64,000 nucleotides of DNA from NCBI GenBank assembly GCA_020349025.1, contig CP070763.1:1811012-1875011 (forward strand). Direction: 5' to 3'. The DNA comes from Candidatus Latescibacterota bacterium. Its GTDB lineage: Bacteria > Krumholzibacteriota > Krumholzibacteriia > G020349025. The position numbers and the translations under genes are program-made. How positions within the stretch are numbered: the stretch's first letter is position 1; every line of letters starts with the position of its first letter. Under the pieces are notes generated by a model that saw only the letters and a program-made list of their open reading frames with translations, was not told the DNA's origin and did no database searches. This document shows, in pieces, positions 30,733 through 40,398 of this stretch.

Positions 30733-32361
30733 TTACGCTTCCTCCTCCGCGTCCGCGTCCGGCAACCCGGGTCGGACGAAGAGAGTCTTCTCGTGCGTAC
30801 ACACGGCCAGTCCCGGCTTGGCGCGTCGCGGCTTGCGCACGTAGCGCTTGCGCGTCCAGATCACCGCAACCGTACCGGAGTGCTTCGCCTTGCTGAAGCG
30901 CGCCGCAATCGCCGCGGCTGTCTCCAGAACGTCGCGCGGCGGGTTGCCGGGACGCCCCTGCATTCGCAGGACGACGTGCGAGCCGGGAGCGCCGCTTGCA
31001 TGCAACCAGACGTCGTCCGGGCGTGCGAAGCGGTGCGTGAGCTCGTCGTTCTCTTCGTTGCTGCGCCCGACTCGCACCTCCCAACCACCCGCGAGCGTGA
31101 AGATCCGCCCCGGCCCCGTGTCCTCGCTCGGCAGCGCACGCCCGCGGCTGGGCGCGGCGAGTGGCTTCTCCCATTCTGGCGCGGCCCACAACCGACGCAG
31201 GTCGGTACGCAGCGACGCCGAGGAAACGGCGGCGCGCCACTGCCCTTTGGCGCTGCGCAGAGCCTGTGGCCATGTCGTCGCATCCGGCTGTGGAGACGCT
31301 GCCGCGGCGCGCTCGAGACACGTTTCCAGCTCGGTGCGCGCCTCCTGCAAGCGCGACTCGATCGTCTGCAGGCCGCGTTCGCCGCGTCGCGCTCGCTTGA
31401 ACATGAGATCGACGTTCTCCTGCGGAGATCGTTTCGGGTCGAGCTCGATCTCCACGGGCGCTCCGCTGGCGTAGAAATCCTCCACCGTCACGCTCTCATG
31501 TCCACGCTTCACACGATGCAGGTTGGCGGTGAGGAGTTCGCCGAGCCGGCGCCAGCGCGGCGCCGAGCGCGCCCTCTCGGCATCCGCCTCGAGCTTGCGG
31601 ACCCGTGCTCTCAAACGCTTCTCGGAGCGCCTTGCTTCCTGTCGACGTGCTCGCTGCAGCGCGTGACCGCTCGCATCCGCGAGCGCGAGGTGCGCAGCAC
31701 CGAGAAGCGAAAGCCGGTCGCCTTCGTCGCTGGGTCGCACCGACCGGGACGCTGCATCCCACACCGGAAAACAGGACCGTGCCGCCGCGTCCGCATGTAC
31801 GGCGTGCGTGCTGAAGCGATCCGGCGCTGGTTGGCGTTGGCGCCAATTCGCGAGCTGCGTCTCGCCACGCAGGATGAAGTTGGCACCCCGGTCAAACAGC
31901 TCCGCCATGAGCTCGAGCCGCGTCGCATTCCCCAACGCGTCGGCCGCTGTGAAGTCGATCCAGAGCCGGCGGTCACCCGGTTCCGTGCGCACGGCCTCGA
32001 TGCGCGCGCCCTCGAGCAGGAACCACTCCGGCACCCCCGCGGCGGGGCGCACGAGCCAGGCGCGCAGCGCGTCCAGCGCCGTCGAGTCCGGCACGTTCCA
32101 CGTCAGCTCCTCGGATACGGACGTGACCAAATCGGGGACACGCGAGCCCAGCTCCTCGTGGAGCCTCGTGCGCGCGCTGGCATCGAGACAGCACACCCAC
32201 GCCGCACCCGTCGGGGCCCAGAACGCCAGCTCCAGAGTCTCCCGTCGCGCTTGCAGATCGAGGATGAGCCCCTCTTCCACGCACACGACGCGGCGCACGA
32301 GTGCGCCGCGCAGCCGGGCTTCGGACTCCTGGCGAAACTGCTGCAGGAAGCGTGAATCCAC
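30733..32361 (-). CDS. rqcH: NFACT-family ribosome-quality-control protein (RqcH/FbpA-like; NFACT-N + coiled coil + NFACT-R/DUF814)
   Basis: A C-terminal DUF814-like block (GGWEVRVGRSNEENDELTHRFARPDDVWLHASGAPGSHVVL) and a central coiled coil. Confidence 0.6.
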   Translation of the reverse strand: MDSRFLQQFRQESEARLRGALVRRVVCVEEGLILDLQARRETLELAFWAPTGAAWVCCLDASARTRLHEELGSRVPDLVTSVSEELTWNVPDSTALDALRAWLVRPAAGVPEWFLLEGARIEAVRTEPGDRRLWIDFTAADALGNATRLELMAELFDRGANFILRGETQLANWRQRQPAPDRFSTHAVHADAAARSCFPVWDAASRSVRPSDEGDRLSLLGAAHLALADASGHALQRARRQEARRSEKRLRARVRKLEADAERARSAPRWRRLGELLTANLHRVKRGHESVTVEDFYASGAPVEIELDPKRSPQENVDLMFKRARRGERGLQTIESRLQEARTELETCLERAAAASPQPDATTWPQALRSAKGQWRAAVSSASLRTDLRRLWAAPEWEKPLAAPSRGRALPSEDTGPGRIFTLAGGWEVRVGRSNEENDELTHRFARPDDVWLHASGAPGSHVVLRMQGRPGNPPRDVLETAAAIAARFSKAKHSGTVAVIWTRKRYVRKPRRAKPGLAVCTHEKTLFVRPGLPDADAEEEA

Positions 32362-32379
32362 TCGAACGTTCCCTGGGGC

Positions 32380-33105
32380 TCAGAAGGAGGAGCCGCCCAT
32401 GAGACGCATCCAGTCGTCGAGCGTTTGCACTTGGAGAGCGTAGTTCGTGCGCCGCGCATCGCCGAGCGTCGAGTGCGGCTTGTCGGCGTAGTGGTGTCCC
32501 GGGTAGAGCAAGACGTTGTCCGGGAGCTTGGCGAGTCGCTGCGTCAGCGTCCGGTACATCTCACCGGCATCCCCCCCGGGGAGGTCGACGCGTCCGCATC
32601 CCTGGACGAAAAGCGTGTCGCCGGCGACGAGCCTGTCCGCCACCAGAAAGCACTGGCTTCCCGGCGTGTGCCCCGGTGTGTGGAGCAACCGAATCCGCAC
32701 CGTGCCCACCTCGAGGCGGTCATCGGCATCGTGCTGGACGAAGTCGCTGGCGGAGAGCTGCGTCACGTGTCGCATGCCGTTCGCTTCCTCGCGTTGCACG
32801 TGCACCGGAACCGGCTGTTTCTCCATCAGGCGCTGCAGCCCTTCGACATGGATGCCGAACATGGAGCCCCCCACGTGGTCCGGGTGGTAGTGCGTCGCCA
32901 GAGCGCCGACGAGGCGCATGCCGTCGCTCTCGAGCTGCTCCAGCAGCCCGTCGACATCCCACGCGGGATCCACGAGCACACACTCGCGCGTGTCGGCATC
33001 GCCAATGGCGTAGACGAAGTTGGCCATCTGCGCCGCGTTCATGTCCTTCTGGCCGAAGTCGCGCCCGGCGAGCCACTGCTGGAAGTAGAGCTTTCCCACG
33101 GTCAC
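32380..33105 (-). CDS. MBL-fold metallo-hydrolase (glyoxalase II-like)
   Basis: THYHPDHVGG and HTPGHTPGS motifs. GTG start near 33097-33105. Confidence 0.7.
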   Translation of the reverse strand: MTVGKLYFQQWLAGRDFGQKDMNAAQMANFVYAIGDADTRECVLVDPAWDVDGLLEQLESDGMRLVGALATHYHPDHVGGSMFGIHVEGLQRLMEKQPVPVHVQREEANGMRHVTQLSASDFVQHDADDRLEVGTVRIRLLHTPGHTPGSQCFLVADRLVAGDTLFVQGCGRVDLPGGDAGEMYRTLTQRLAKLPDNVLLYPGHHYADKPHSTLGDARRTNYALQVQTLDDWMRLMGGSSF

Positions 33106-33260
33106 TCCCGTCGTCCGGAGGTGGCGCCATTGTAGCGCGCCGCCGTGACGAGTTCGAACGGATCCGCATCGAGACGCCACATTCGGCCGCCCGCAAGCAG
33201 CAGACCCCGGCGGGAGAACCGCGGTCTGGTGAGTCCTCTGGGCGTTGGCGCTCCACCGGC

Positions 33261-34469
33261 TCAGAAGCTGTAGACGACGTCGACCTGGCTGCGGATGCGC
33301 TCCGAGTTCGCGACCGACTCATCCGGATTCGTGACGTCCGCCTCGATGGCGTCCGAAGCGAAGAGCTGGAAGTTGAAGTCGATCGCCTTGACGATGTTGC
33401 GCGAGTAGTAGAGCAGGCCGCCCTTGCGGTTGGTGCGCCCATCGAGGAGATCGCTGTCGATGAACTGGGATGGGAAAGCATCCGCTTCGATCCACACGTA
33501 CATGAGGCCGATGCGTCCGTAGCTTCGCTTCTTGTTCCCCACCTGTGCGCCGACGTTGAACGCATTGGGCTGCTTGCTCAAGGTCGGTGACGGGTCGGAG
33601 GCGCTGAAGTTGTTGGAGTAGCCGCCGTAGACCGCGACCGACTGCGGCTTCCCCTGCAGGAAGAGCTGGGTCTCGAGGACGTGCAAGTTCCCGCCGTTCG
33701 GATCACCCGTGAGGCCGTTCTTGGTATTGCCGCCCCCCGAGGTAACGCCGTTGATGCCGCTCACACCACGATCGACGAAGTCCGCGTCCAGGTGATCGAA
33801 AGCGTAGTAGCTCAGGCGCGCGCCCCCGTTCCAGCTCTTGGAGATCCCCTGCTTCACACCCGCCTGAATCGCCAACAGGATCGGATCGCGGGCACGGCCA
33901 TTCTCGTCAATGGCGTAGTAGCCAGCGTTCGCGAATAGCGTCGTCCGGGTCTCGAACTCGATGTCGAACTTCGTGCTCAGACCGGCCGGGTTGATGTCGC
34001 TGTCCCAGAGCATGATGTCCTTGCCGTTCTTCCACAGGAAGGGGTTCGCCACGCGGCCGAAGTGCCACTCCCAACTTCCGTCGCGCTGACCCAGCCCGCC
34101 ATCCTTGAACGGGTAGTAGATCAAGTACGCCCGCCGCAGGTCGATCTCGTTCGACCCGAAGTCGACAGGTGAGCCGAGAGTCTGGTTGCCGCTGCGGTTG
34201 TCGATGTCGCCCGTCGAGAGCTGTGCTTCGACCTTCGCGTGGTCGTGGATCTTGGCGTTCATGTTCAACCGGAAGCGATAGCGGATCCGGCTTCGATGCG
34301 TGCGGTCGGAGCCGGTCTCGTCCAGGCGGAACCAGAAGCCCTCGTAGCGTCCGCGCAGGTCGCCCCAGAAGCGGAGACGACTCTCCTTTTCATCGTCGGC
34401 GCTGCCGCGGGTCGGGATGGCTGCAACGCAGAGCATTGCCAGCCCGAGCAACATCAGATTGGACTTCAC
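33261..34469 (-). CDS. Outer-membrane porin-like beta-barrel protein
   Basis: Signal peptide MKSNLMLLGLAMLCVAAIP, an N/G/S/Y-rich amphipathic strand pattern and a C-terminal ...DVVYSF (terminal Phe). Lower GC than the neighbouring genes. Confidence 0.6.
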   Translation of the reverse strand: MKSNLMLLGLAMLCVAAIPTRGSADDEKESRLRFWGDLRGRYEGFWFRLDETGSDRTHRSRIRYRFRLNMNAKIHDHAKVEAQLSTGDIDNRSGNQTLGSPVDFGSNEIDLRRAYLIYYPFKDGGLGQRDGSWEWHFGRVANPFLWKNGKDIMLWDSDINPAGLSTKFDIEFETRTTLFANAGYYAIDENGRARDPILLAIQAGVKQGISKSWNGGARLSYYAFDHLDADFVDRGVSGINGVTSGGGNTKNGLTGDPNGGNLHVLETQLFLQGKPQSVAVYGGYSNNFSASDPSPTLSKQPNAFNVGAQVGNKKRSYGRIGLMYVWIEADAFPSQFIDSDLLDGRTNRKGGLLYYSRNIVKAIDFNFQLFASDAIEADVTNPDESVANSERIRSQVDVVYSF

Positions 34470-34806
34470 GCGAGTTCCTCCTTCGTCAGGACACAGGCGT
34501 CGAGAGTGCTTGCGTTGGATTCGCTTGGTGGCCGCAGTCTTCCCGTCGACACCCTCACTGCCGCGCGCCAGAACTCCGATCCACGCGCAGCAAACAGTGT
34601 AACTACCTTACAAAAGGCACGTTAGGATCCGTGTTGCGCTACGTAAAGACTTCGTGTGCATCGGCGGTGGCCTCGGGAAGCGATGGGGGTGCGCCCGTCG
34701 CGCTGGGATGTGTGCAATCCGAGGGCGGCTCGACTCGGCAGCGGCCACTCCGTTGACAGCCAACGCCAACTCCGCATACTGTGGGAGGTTCCGAACGGAG
34801 GCCTGG

Positions 34807-35706
34807 ATGCTCAAGAGCATGACCGGGTTCGGTGTCGCCGAGGTCGAAGCCCAGGGGTACAAGATCACGTTGGAGCTCCGTTCGGTGAACCACCGGTTCC
34901 TCGACGTCTCGCTCCGGCTGCCGCGCCCGCTACTCGCTTTCGAGGACTCCATCAAGGCCCGCGTGCGCGACCGCATCGATCGCGGACGCGTGAGCCTGAG
35001 CTTCGGCTTCGAGGCGCAGGACAACCTCGAAGAGGTCAGCCTGAACCGGCCGCTCGTGAACGCCTTCCTCGGAGCCGGGCGTCAGCTGGCGACGGAGCTC
35101 GGCCTGCAGGATGGCGTCTCCTCGCCCGAGCTTGCGGGGCCGCTCCTTGCCGCTGTCCTGGCGCAGCCGGAGGTCCTGACGCGCAGCGTCAAGCCGCCCG
35201 ACGAGGAGACGCTGCGGGCCCTGCTGGTGCAGTGCGTCGACCAGGCGGTCGACCAGGCCAACGAGATGAAGGAGCGCGAGGGGCGCACGCTGGGTGCGGA
35301 CCTCGGCCGCCGGCTCGATCTCATCGCCGAGAGCCTGGCGCAGGTGCAGAAGCTGGCGCCAGGCGTTCCGGAGGAGGCGAAGAACGCGTTGCGCACGCGA
35401 CTTGCCAGGCTGAACGACGCCGGTGAGGTTGACCCACAGCGCCTGGCCCAGGAGGTCGCCATCCTGGCCGATCGCAGCGACATCACCGAGGAGTGCGTGC
35501 GGCTCGAGAGCCATCTGAAGCAGTTCCGCAGCTGCATGCGCTCGCAGGAGCAGGGCGCGCGTCGGATGGGCTTCCTGCTCCAGGAGATGCACCGCGAGGT
35601 GAACACGATCGGCTCCAAGACCGGGCACCTCGACATCACGCACGAGGTGCTGCGGATGAAGGAGGAGATCGAGAAGCTGCGCGAGCAGGTGCAGAACCTC
35701 GAATGA
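34807..35706 (+). CDS. yicC: YicC-family stress-induced protein
   Basis: MLKSMTGFG...ELRSVNHRF is the conserved YicC N-terminus, and the C-terminal DUF1732 block is present. Conserved yicC-gmk-rpoZ synteny. Confidence 0.8.
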   Translation: MLKSMTGFGVAEVEAQGYKITLELRSVNHRFLDVSLRLPRPLLAFEDSIKARVRDRIDRGRVSLSFGFEAQDNLEEVSLNRPLVNAFLGAGRQLATELGLQDGVSSPELAGPLLAAVLAQPEVLTRSVKPPDEETLRALLVQCVDQAVDQANEMKEREGRTLGADLGRRLDLIAESLAQVQKLAPGVPEEAKNALRTRLARLNDAGEVDPQRLAQEVAILADRSDITEECVRLESHLKQFRSCMRSQEQGARRMGFLLQEMHREVNTIGSKTGHLDITHEVLRMKEEIEKLREQVQNLE

Positions 35707-35749
35707 GCGCGACGGCGGGCGCGTCCCCGCCAGACCACCCGGGAGTCGA

Positions 35750-36400
35750 GTGAGGCGCAGGCCGTTCGTATTCGTGATCTCCGGTCCCTCGGGCGTGGGG
35801 AAGTCCACCTTCGTGCGCCCGCTCCTGGAGCGCTTCCCGGAGTTGCACTTCTCGGTGTCGGCAACGACACGGCGACGCCGTTCGCACGAGCGCGACGGGC
35901 GTGAATACCACTTCCTGGAGCAGGCGGATTTTCGCCAACGGCAGAAGGCCGGGGAGTTCCTGGAGTTCGCGCAGGTGCACGGGTCTCTGTACGGCACGTT
36001 GCGCTCGGAGGTGGAGGGAGCACTCGGGGCAGGTCGCGGCGTCTTGCTCGACATCGACGTGCAGGGCGGCATCGAGATCAAGCGCCAGCTCCCCGACTCG
36101 GTTCTCGTCTTCTTGCTGCCGCCGTCGATGCAAGTGCTCGAACAGCGCCTGCGCCAACGCGGCACCGAGAGCGAGGAGAAGGTGGCTCGACGGCTTGCGA
36201 ACGCTCCGGCGGAGATCCGGCAGCTGTCGAAGTACGACTTCGTCGTCGTCAACGACGTGCTCGAGCGCACGCGCGAGGATCTCCTGGCCATCTATCGCTC
36301 GGAGGTCCTGCGGCGCGAGCGGCTGCGGGGCGACGCGGATGGGAACGCATTCGTCGATGAGTACTTGAAGGCACCAGCGGCCCGGTCGTCCGGGTCGTAG
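35750..36400 (+). CDS. gmk: Guanylate kinase
   Basis: P-loop GPSGVGKST and the full GK fold. Confidence 0.85.
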   Translation: MRRRPFVFVISGPSGVGKSTFVRPLLERFPELHFSVSATTRRRRSHERDGREYHFLEQADFRQRQKAGEFLEFAQVHGSLYGTLRSEVEGALGAGRGVLLDIDVQGGIEIKRQLPDSVLVFLLPPSMQVLEQRLRQRGTESEEKVARRLANAPAEIRQLSKYDFVVVNDVLERTREDLLAIYRSEVLRRERLRGDADGNAFVDEYLKAPAARSSGS

Positions 36401-36469
36401 GAATGGGCACGGCGGTCCCACCGCAGTGCCCGGACTTTGGAAGCAGGAATGGAGGCGCGCGGAGAGCGT

Positions 36470-36730
36470 ATGGCATACGTCCCAGTTGAGAAGGTCACGG
36501 AAACGATCCAGAACAAGTACGAGGCAATCGTGGTTGCCGCTCGCGAGGCACGCAAGATCAACAGCGTGATGCGCATGGTCGGGCGCGACGAGACGAAGGA
36601 CAAGGTCACGTCGCGTGCCCTGAACCGGGTCGGGCGCGGCGACGTCGACTTCGTCTACGTGGACGAGCAGACCCCCATCCACGACCCGGCCGAGACCACG
36701 GAGAATGAAGAACAGATCTCACCCAACTGA
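36470..36730 (+). CDS. rpoZ: DNA-directed RNA polymerase subunit omega
   Basis: MAYVPVEKV...NKYEAIVVAAREARKIN is the RpoZ consensus. Located between gmk and coaBC. Confidence 0.8.
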   Translation: MAYVPVEKVTETIQNKYEAIVVAAREARKINSVMRMVGRDETKDKVTSRALNRVGRGDVDFVYVDEQTPIHDPAETTENEEQISPN

Positions 36731-38039
36731 GGCCATTCCGGATCCACTGCATGACAAGAAGGTCGTGCTCTGTGTGACCGGCGGCATCGCCGCCTACAAG
36801 TCGGCCTATCTGACCCGGGCGCTGGTGAAGGCCGGCGCCCGCGTCATCGTGGTCATGACCGAAGCGGCGCAGCGGTTCGTCGCCCCGCTCACGTTCGAGA
36901 CCCTGTCGGGCAACCCCGTCGTCACGAGCACGTTCGACCGCGCCTTCCAGATGGGAGCCGTGGAGCACATCGATCTTGCCACCTGGGCCGACGTGGTCGT
37001 CGTCGCCCCGGCCACCTACAACTTCCTCGGCAAGCTGCACGCCGGCATCGCAGATGATGTGGTGACCACCTTCGTCTCCGCCGTCGCCGCACCGATCTAC
37101 ATCGCGCCGGCCATGAACGACCACATGTGGCGCAACCCGATCTGTCGCCGCAACGTCGAGGCGCTGCGCGATCTGGGCTACGCCTTCATCGATCCGCAGC
37201 GCGGCGGTCTCGCCTGCAGCTGGGAAGGCGAAGGACGCATGAGCGAGCCGGAGGAGATCGTCGAAGCCGTGCGGACCGGGCTCCGGCACGCGCGGGCTGA
37301 CGCCGAGAAGCCGCAGTCCGAAGCGGCCGGCGAGGCGCTCGGCGCGGAGCCGGGCGCAAGCCGCCAGGGGGCCCTGGCGGGGCGCACGCTTCTGGTGACG
37401 GCCGCGGGCACCTGGGAGGCGCTCGACCCGGTGCGCTTCGTCGGCAACCGTTCGAGCGGGCGCATGGGGTACGCCCTCGCAGCGGCGGCACGTCGTCGCG
37501 GTGCGCGCGTCTTCCTGGTGAGCGGCCCGAGCGCGCTGGCGGTGCCCGAGGGCCTGGCGGGCACGCGGCGCGTGGAGTCGGCTGAGCAGATGCTGCAGGC
37601 GTGCCGCGACTGGATCGCTGCAGCCGACGTGCTGCTGATGGCGGCGGCCGTCGCAGACTACAGGCCGCGCCAGGTCGCCGCCGCGAAGATCAAACGCACG
37701 CGCCAGCCGCTGAAGCTGGAGCTCGAGCCGACGCCCGACATCCTCGCGGAGCTGGCAAGCGCCAAGGGCGCCCGGCTCTTCGTCGGCTTCGCGCTGGAAA
37801 CCGAGGATCCCCAACGGGCCGGTGAACGCAAGCTCGCACGGAAGGGGCTCGATCTCCTGGTGGCCAACCGCGTCGGTCCCGAAACGGGTCCCGACGGCGA
37901 CACGAACCAGGTGTGGATCTACAATGCCTCCGGCTTGGTGGAAGCGACACCCGTTCTCGAGAAGCGTGTCATCGCGGAGATCATTCTCGACGCGATCGAG
38001 TCGGAGCTGCTCGAACGGCGCCAGCACGCCGCAACCTGA
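36705..38039 (+). CDS. coaBC: Bifunctional phosphopantothenoylcysteine decarboxylase / phosphopantothenate-cysteine ligase
   Basis: Flavoprotein N-domain (VVLCVTGGIAAYK) and CoaB C-domain (RFVGNRSSGRMG). 26-nt overlap with the rpoZ end. Confidence 0.85.
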   Translation: MKNRSHPTEAIPDPLHDKKVVLCVTGGIAAYKSAYLTRALVKAGARVIVVMTEAAQRFVAPLTFETLSGNPVVTSTFDRAFQMGAVEHIDLATWADVVVVAPATYNFLGKLHAGIADDVVTTFVSAVAAPIYIAPAMNDHMWRNPICRRNVEALRDLGYAFIDPQRGGLACSWEGEGRMSEPEEIVEAVRTGLRHARADAEKPQSEAAGEALGAEPGASRQGALAGRTLLVTAAGTWEALDPVRFVGNRSSGRMGYALAAAARRRGARVFLVSGPSALAVPEGLAGTRRVESAEQMLQACRDWIAAADVLLMAAAVADYRPRQVAAAKIKRTRQPLKLELEPTPDILAELASAKGARLFVGFALETEDPQRAGERKLARKGLDLLVANRVGPETGPDGDTNQVWIYNASGLVEATPVLEKRVIAEIILDAIESELLERRQHAAT

Positions 38040-38111
38040 GGCGCGGCGAGAGAGCAGGCGCGGCGCTGCTGCCGGCCGAGCGCTCGCAAGCCGAACCGGA
38101 GTGAGGTTGGA

Positions 38112-38900
38112 GTGAGTCGGGACGAGGCGACACGCGACCTGCGGCGCTACCTCAAACAGCGCCTCGACGCCGGCGAGAGCGTTGTTCTGCTTCCGGCTGG
38201 CGCCGTGACGTCCAGCGCCGCGGAGGCCGCGGGAGGTTCGCCTCCGGGCACGCCGGCTCCCGAACCCACGGCGCCCGACGCGGAGGTCGCGGCGGACGCC
38301 TTCGAAGCGCCCGCCACGACGACGGCATCGGTGGCCAGCGACTCGCTGGCGCAAGTCGCGGCGGAGATCCGCGCCTGCACGCAGTGCCGGCTGCACCAGA
38401 CGCGCACGAACGCGGTCCCGGGCGTCGGGCCGGACGATGCCGGGCTCGTCTTCGTCGGAGAGGGGCCGGGTGCCGATGAAGATGCTCAGGGCGAGCCGTT
38501 CGTCGGGCGTGCCGGTCAGCTGCTGACCAAGATCATCGAGTCGGTGAAGCTGCAACGCGGTGAAGTCTTCATCACCAACATCGTCAAGTGCCGGCCCCCG
38601 AACAATCGTGACCCGCAGCCGGACGAGGTCGCGGCTTGCGAGCCGTACCTGCGTCGACAGCTCGCCCTCCTGCAGCCGCGCGTCATCTGCGCGCTCGGGC
38701 GCCACGCGTCGTCGGCGTTGCTGAAGACGCAAGACTCCATGGCGCGCCTGCGACAGGGGCGCCACGAGTACGCCGGCATCCGGGTTTTCCCCACGTATCA
38801 CCCAGCCGCCCTGCTGCGTAACTCCAAGTGGAAGCGGCCGGTTTGGGAAGATATCCAGAATGTGCGCCGCTGCTACGACACGCCCGAGCAAAAACCCTGA
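38112..38900 (+). CDS. Uracil-DNA glycosylase, family 4
   Basis: CTQCRLH...VFVGEGPG...FVGRAGQLL motifs. GTG start at 38112. N-terminal Ala/Pro-rich extension. Confidence 0.75.
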   Translation: MSRDEATRDLRRYLKQRLDAGESVVLLPAGAVTSSAAEAAGGSPPGTPAPEPTAPDAEVAADAFEAPATTTASVASDSLAQVAAEIRACTQCRLHQTRTNAVPGVGPDDAGLVFVGEGPGADEDAQGEPFVGRAGQLLTKIIESVKLQRGEVFITNIVKCRPPNNRDPQPDEVAACEPYLRRQLALLQPRVICALGRHASSALLKTQDSMARLRQGRHEYAGIRVFPTYHPAALLRNSKWKRPVWEDIQNVRRCYDTPEQKP

Positions 38901-39036
38901 AAGCCTGCCTCCCGCTGCGCTACAATGCGCTCGACCCTCCTCCGGAATCGTCCCGGTTCCCGGGTAGACGCAGGCCCACGTTTTCCCCGAAGCAGTGCGT
39001 GGGTGTGGTGCTGACCGTCGGTGTGGAGCACGAGCT

Positions 39037-40392
39037 ATGGAGACGCTGGACCGCGCCGTTGCCGGACGCGTTCCACCGCACTCGCTCGAGGCGGAAGTGG
39101 CCGTTCTGGGAGCCATCCTGCTCGAGCAGGAGGCGCTGCCGCGCGCGCTCGAGCTCCTCGGTGCGGACTGCTTCTACAAGTCTGCGCACCGCACCATCTT
39201 CCAGGCTGCAATCCAGCTCTTCGAGCGCCGCGAGCCGGTCGACATCGTCACGCTGACCAACGAGCTACGCAAGATGGATCGCTTGGAGGCGGTCGGGGGC
39301 ACCGTGGCGCTGTCGACGCTCCTCGACAGCGTGGCCACGGCGGCGAACATCGAGTACCACGCACGCATCGTCCACGACAAGTACCTCTCGAGACGCCTGA
39401 TCAGCGCCTCGAAGGACATCATCACCGAGGGCTATGCCGATCGTCAGCCGACGGGCGAGCTCCTGGACCAGGCTCAGTCCTCGATCTTTTCCATCAGCGA
39501 GGGGCGGCTGCGTGACGGCTTCGTGCACATCAAGGAAGTCGTGCGCGAGAGTTTCCTGGAGATCGAGAATCTGCACCACAACCCGGATGCCATCAGCGGC
39601 ATCCGCACCAGCTTCGACGACCTCGATGCGTTTCTCGCCGGCCTGCACAACGGCGACCTCATCATCCTCGCGGCGCGCCCCTCCATGGGCAAGACCAGCC
39701 TGGCGCTGTCGCTGGTGCAGAACGTCGCCATCGATCACAAGCACCCCGTCGCGATCTTCAGCCTCGAGATGTCGAAGCAACAGCTGGCGCTGCGCATGCT
39801 GTGCTCCGAGGCGCGTGTCGACAACCATCGCTTGCGCCGCGGCATCATCCAGAAGCACGAGTGGCCGAACCTCACCAAGGCCGCGAGCCTCCTGACCACG
39901 GCGCCGATCTTCATCGACGACACGCCGGGAATGAACGTGCTGGAGATGCGCGCCAAGGCGCGGCGCCTGAAGATGGAAAAAGGCTTGCAGCTGATCGTCG
40001 TCGACTACTTGCAGCTCATGCAGAGCGCGACGAGGGCGGAGAATCGCCAGCAGGAGATCTCCACCATCTCGCGTTCGTTGAAGGCGCTCTCCAAGGAGCT
40101 CGACGTCCCGGTGCTGGCGATATCGCAGCTTTCACGCGCCGTGGAGTCGCGTGCGGGGAGCCGCCGGCCGATGCTCTCCGACCTGCGTGAGTCGGGTGCC
40201 ATCGAGCAGGATGCCGACGTGGTGCTCTTCCTCTACAGGGAGGAGGTGTACGATCGCGATTGCCCGGAAGACCTCAAGGGTGTCGCCGAGGTGATCATCG
40301 GCAAGCAGCGCAACGGCCCGATCGGTGAGGTCAAGCTCAAGTTCTTTGCCGAGTACACGCGTTTCGAGAACCTCGCGCGCGGCATCTCTTGA
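39037..40392 (+). CDS. dnaB: Replicative DNA helicase
   Basis: Walker A ARPSMGKTS, plus the IVVDYLQLM and SQLSR motifs. Confidence 0.9.
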   Translation: METLDRAVAGRVPPHSLEAEVAVLGAILLEQEALPRALELLGADCFYKSAHRTIFQAAIQLFERREPVDIVTLTNELRKMDRLEAVGGTVALSTLLDSVATAANIEYHARIVHDKYLSRRLISASKDIITEGYADRQPTGELLDQAQSSIFSISEGRLRDGFVHIKEVVRESFLEIENLHHNPDAISGIRTSFDDLDAFLAGLHNGDLIILAARPSMGKTSLALSLVQNVAIDHKHPVAIFSLEMSKQQLALRMLCSEARVDNHRLRRGIIQKHEWPNLTKAASLLTTAPIFIDDTPGMNVLEMRAKARRLKMEKGLQLIVVDYLQLMQSATRAENRQQEISTISRSLKALSKELDVPVLAISQLSRAVESRAGSRRPMLSDLRESGAIEQDADVVLFLYREEVYDRDCPEDLKGVAEVIIGKQRNGPIGEVKLKFFAEYTRFENLARGIS

Positions 40393-40398
40393 GCGCGG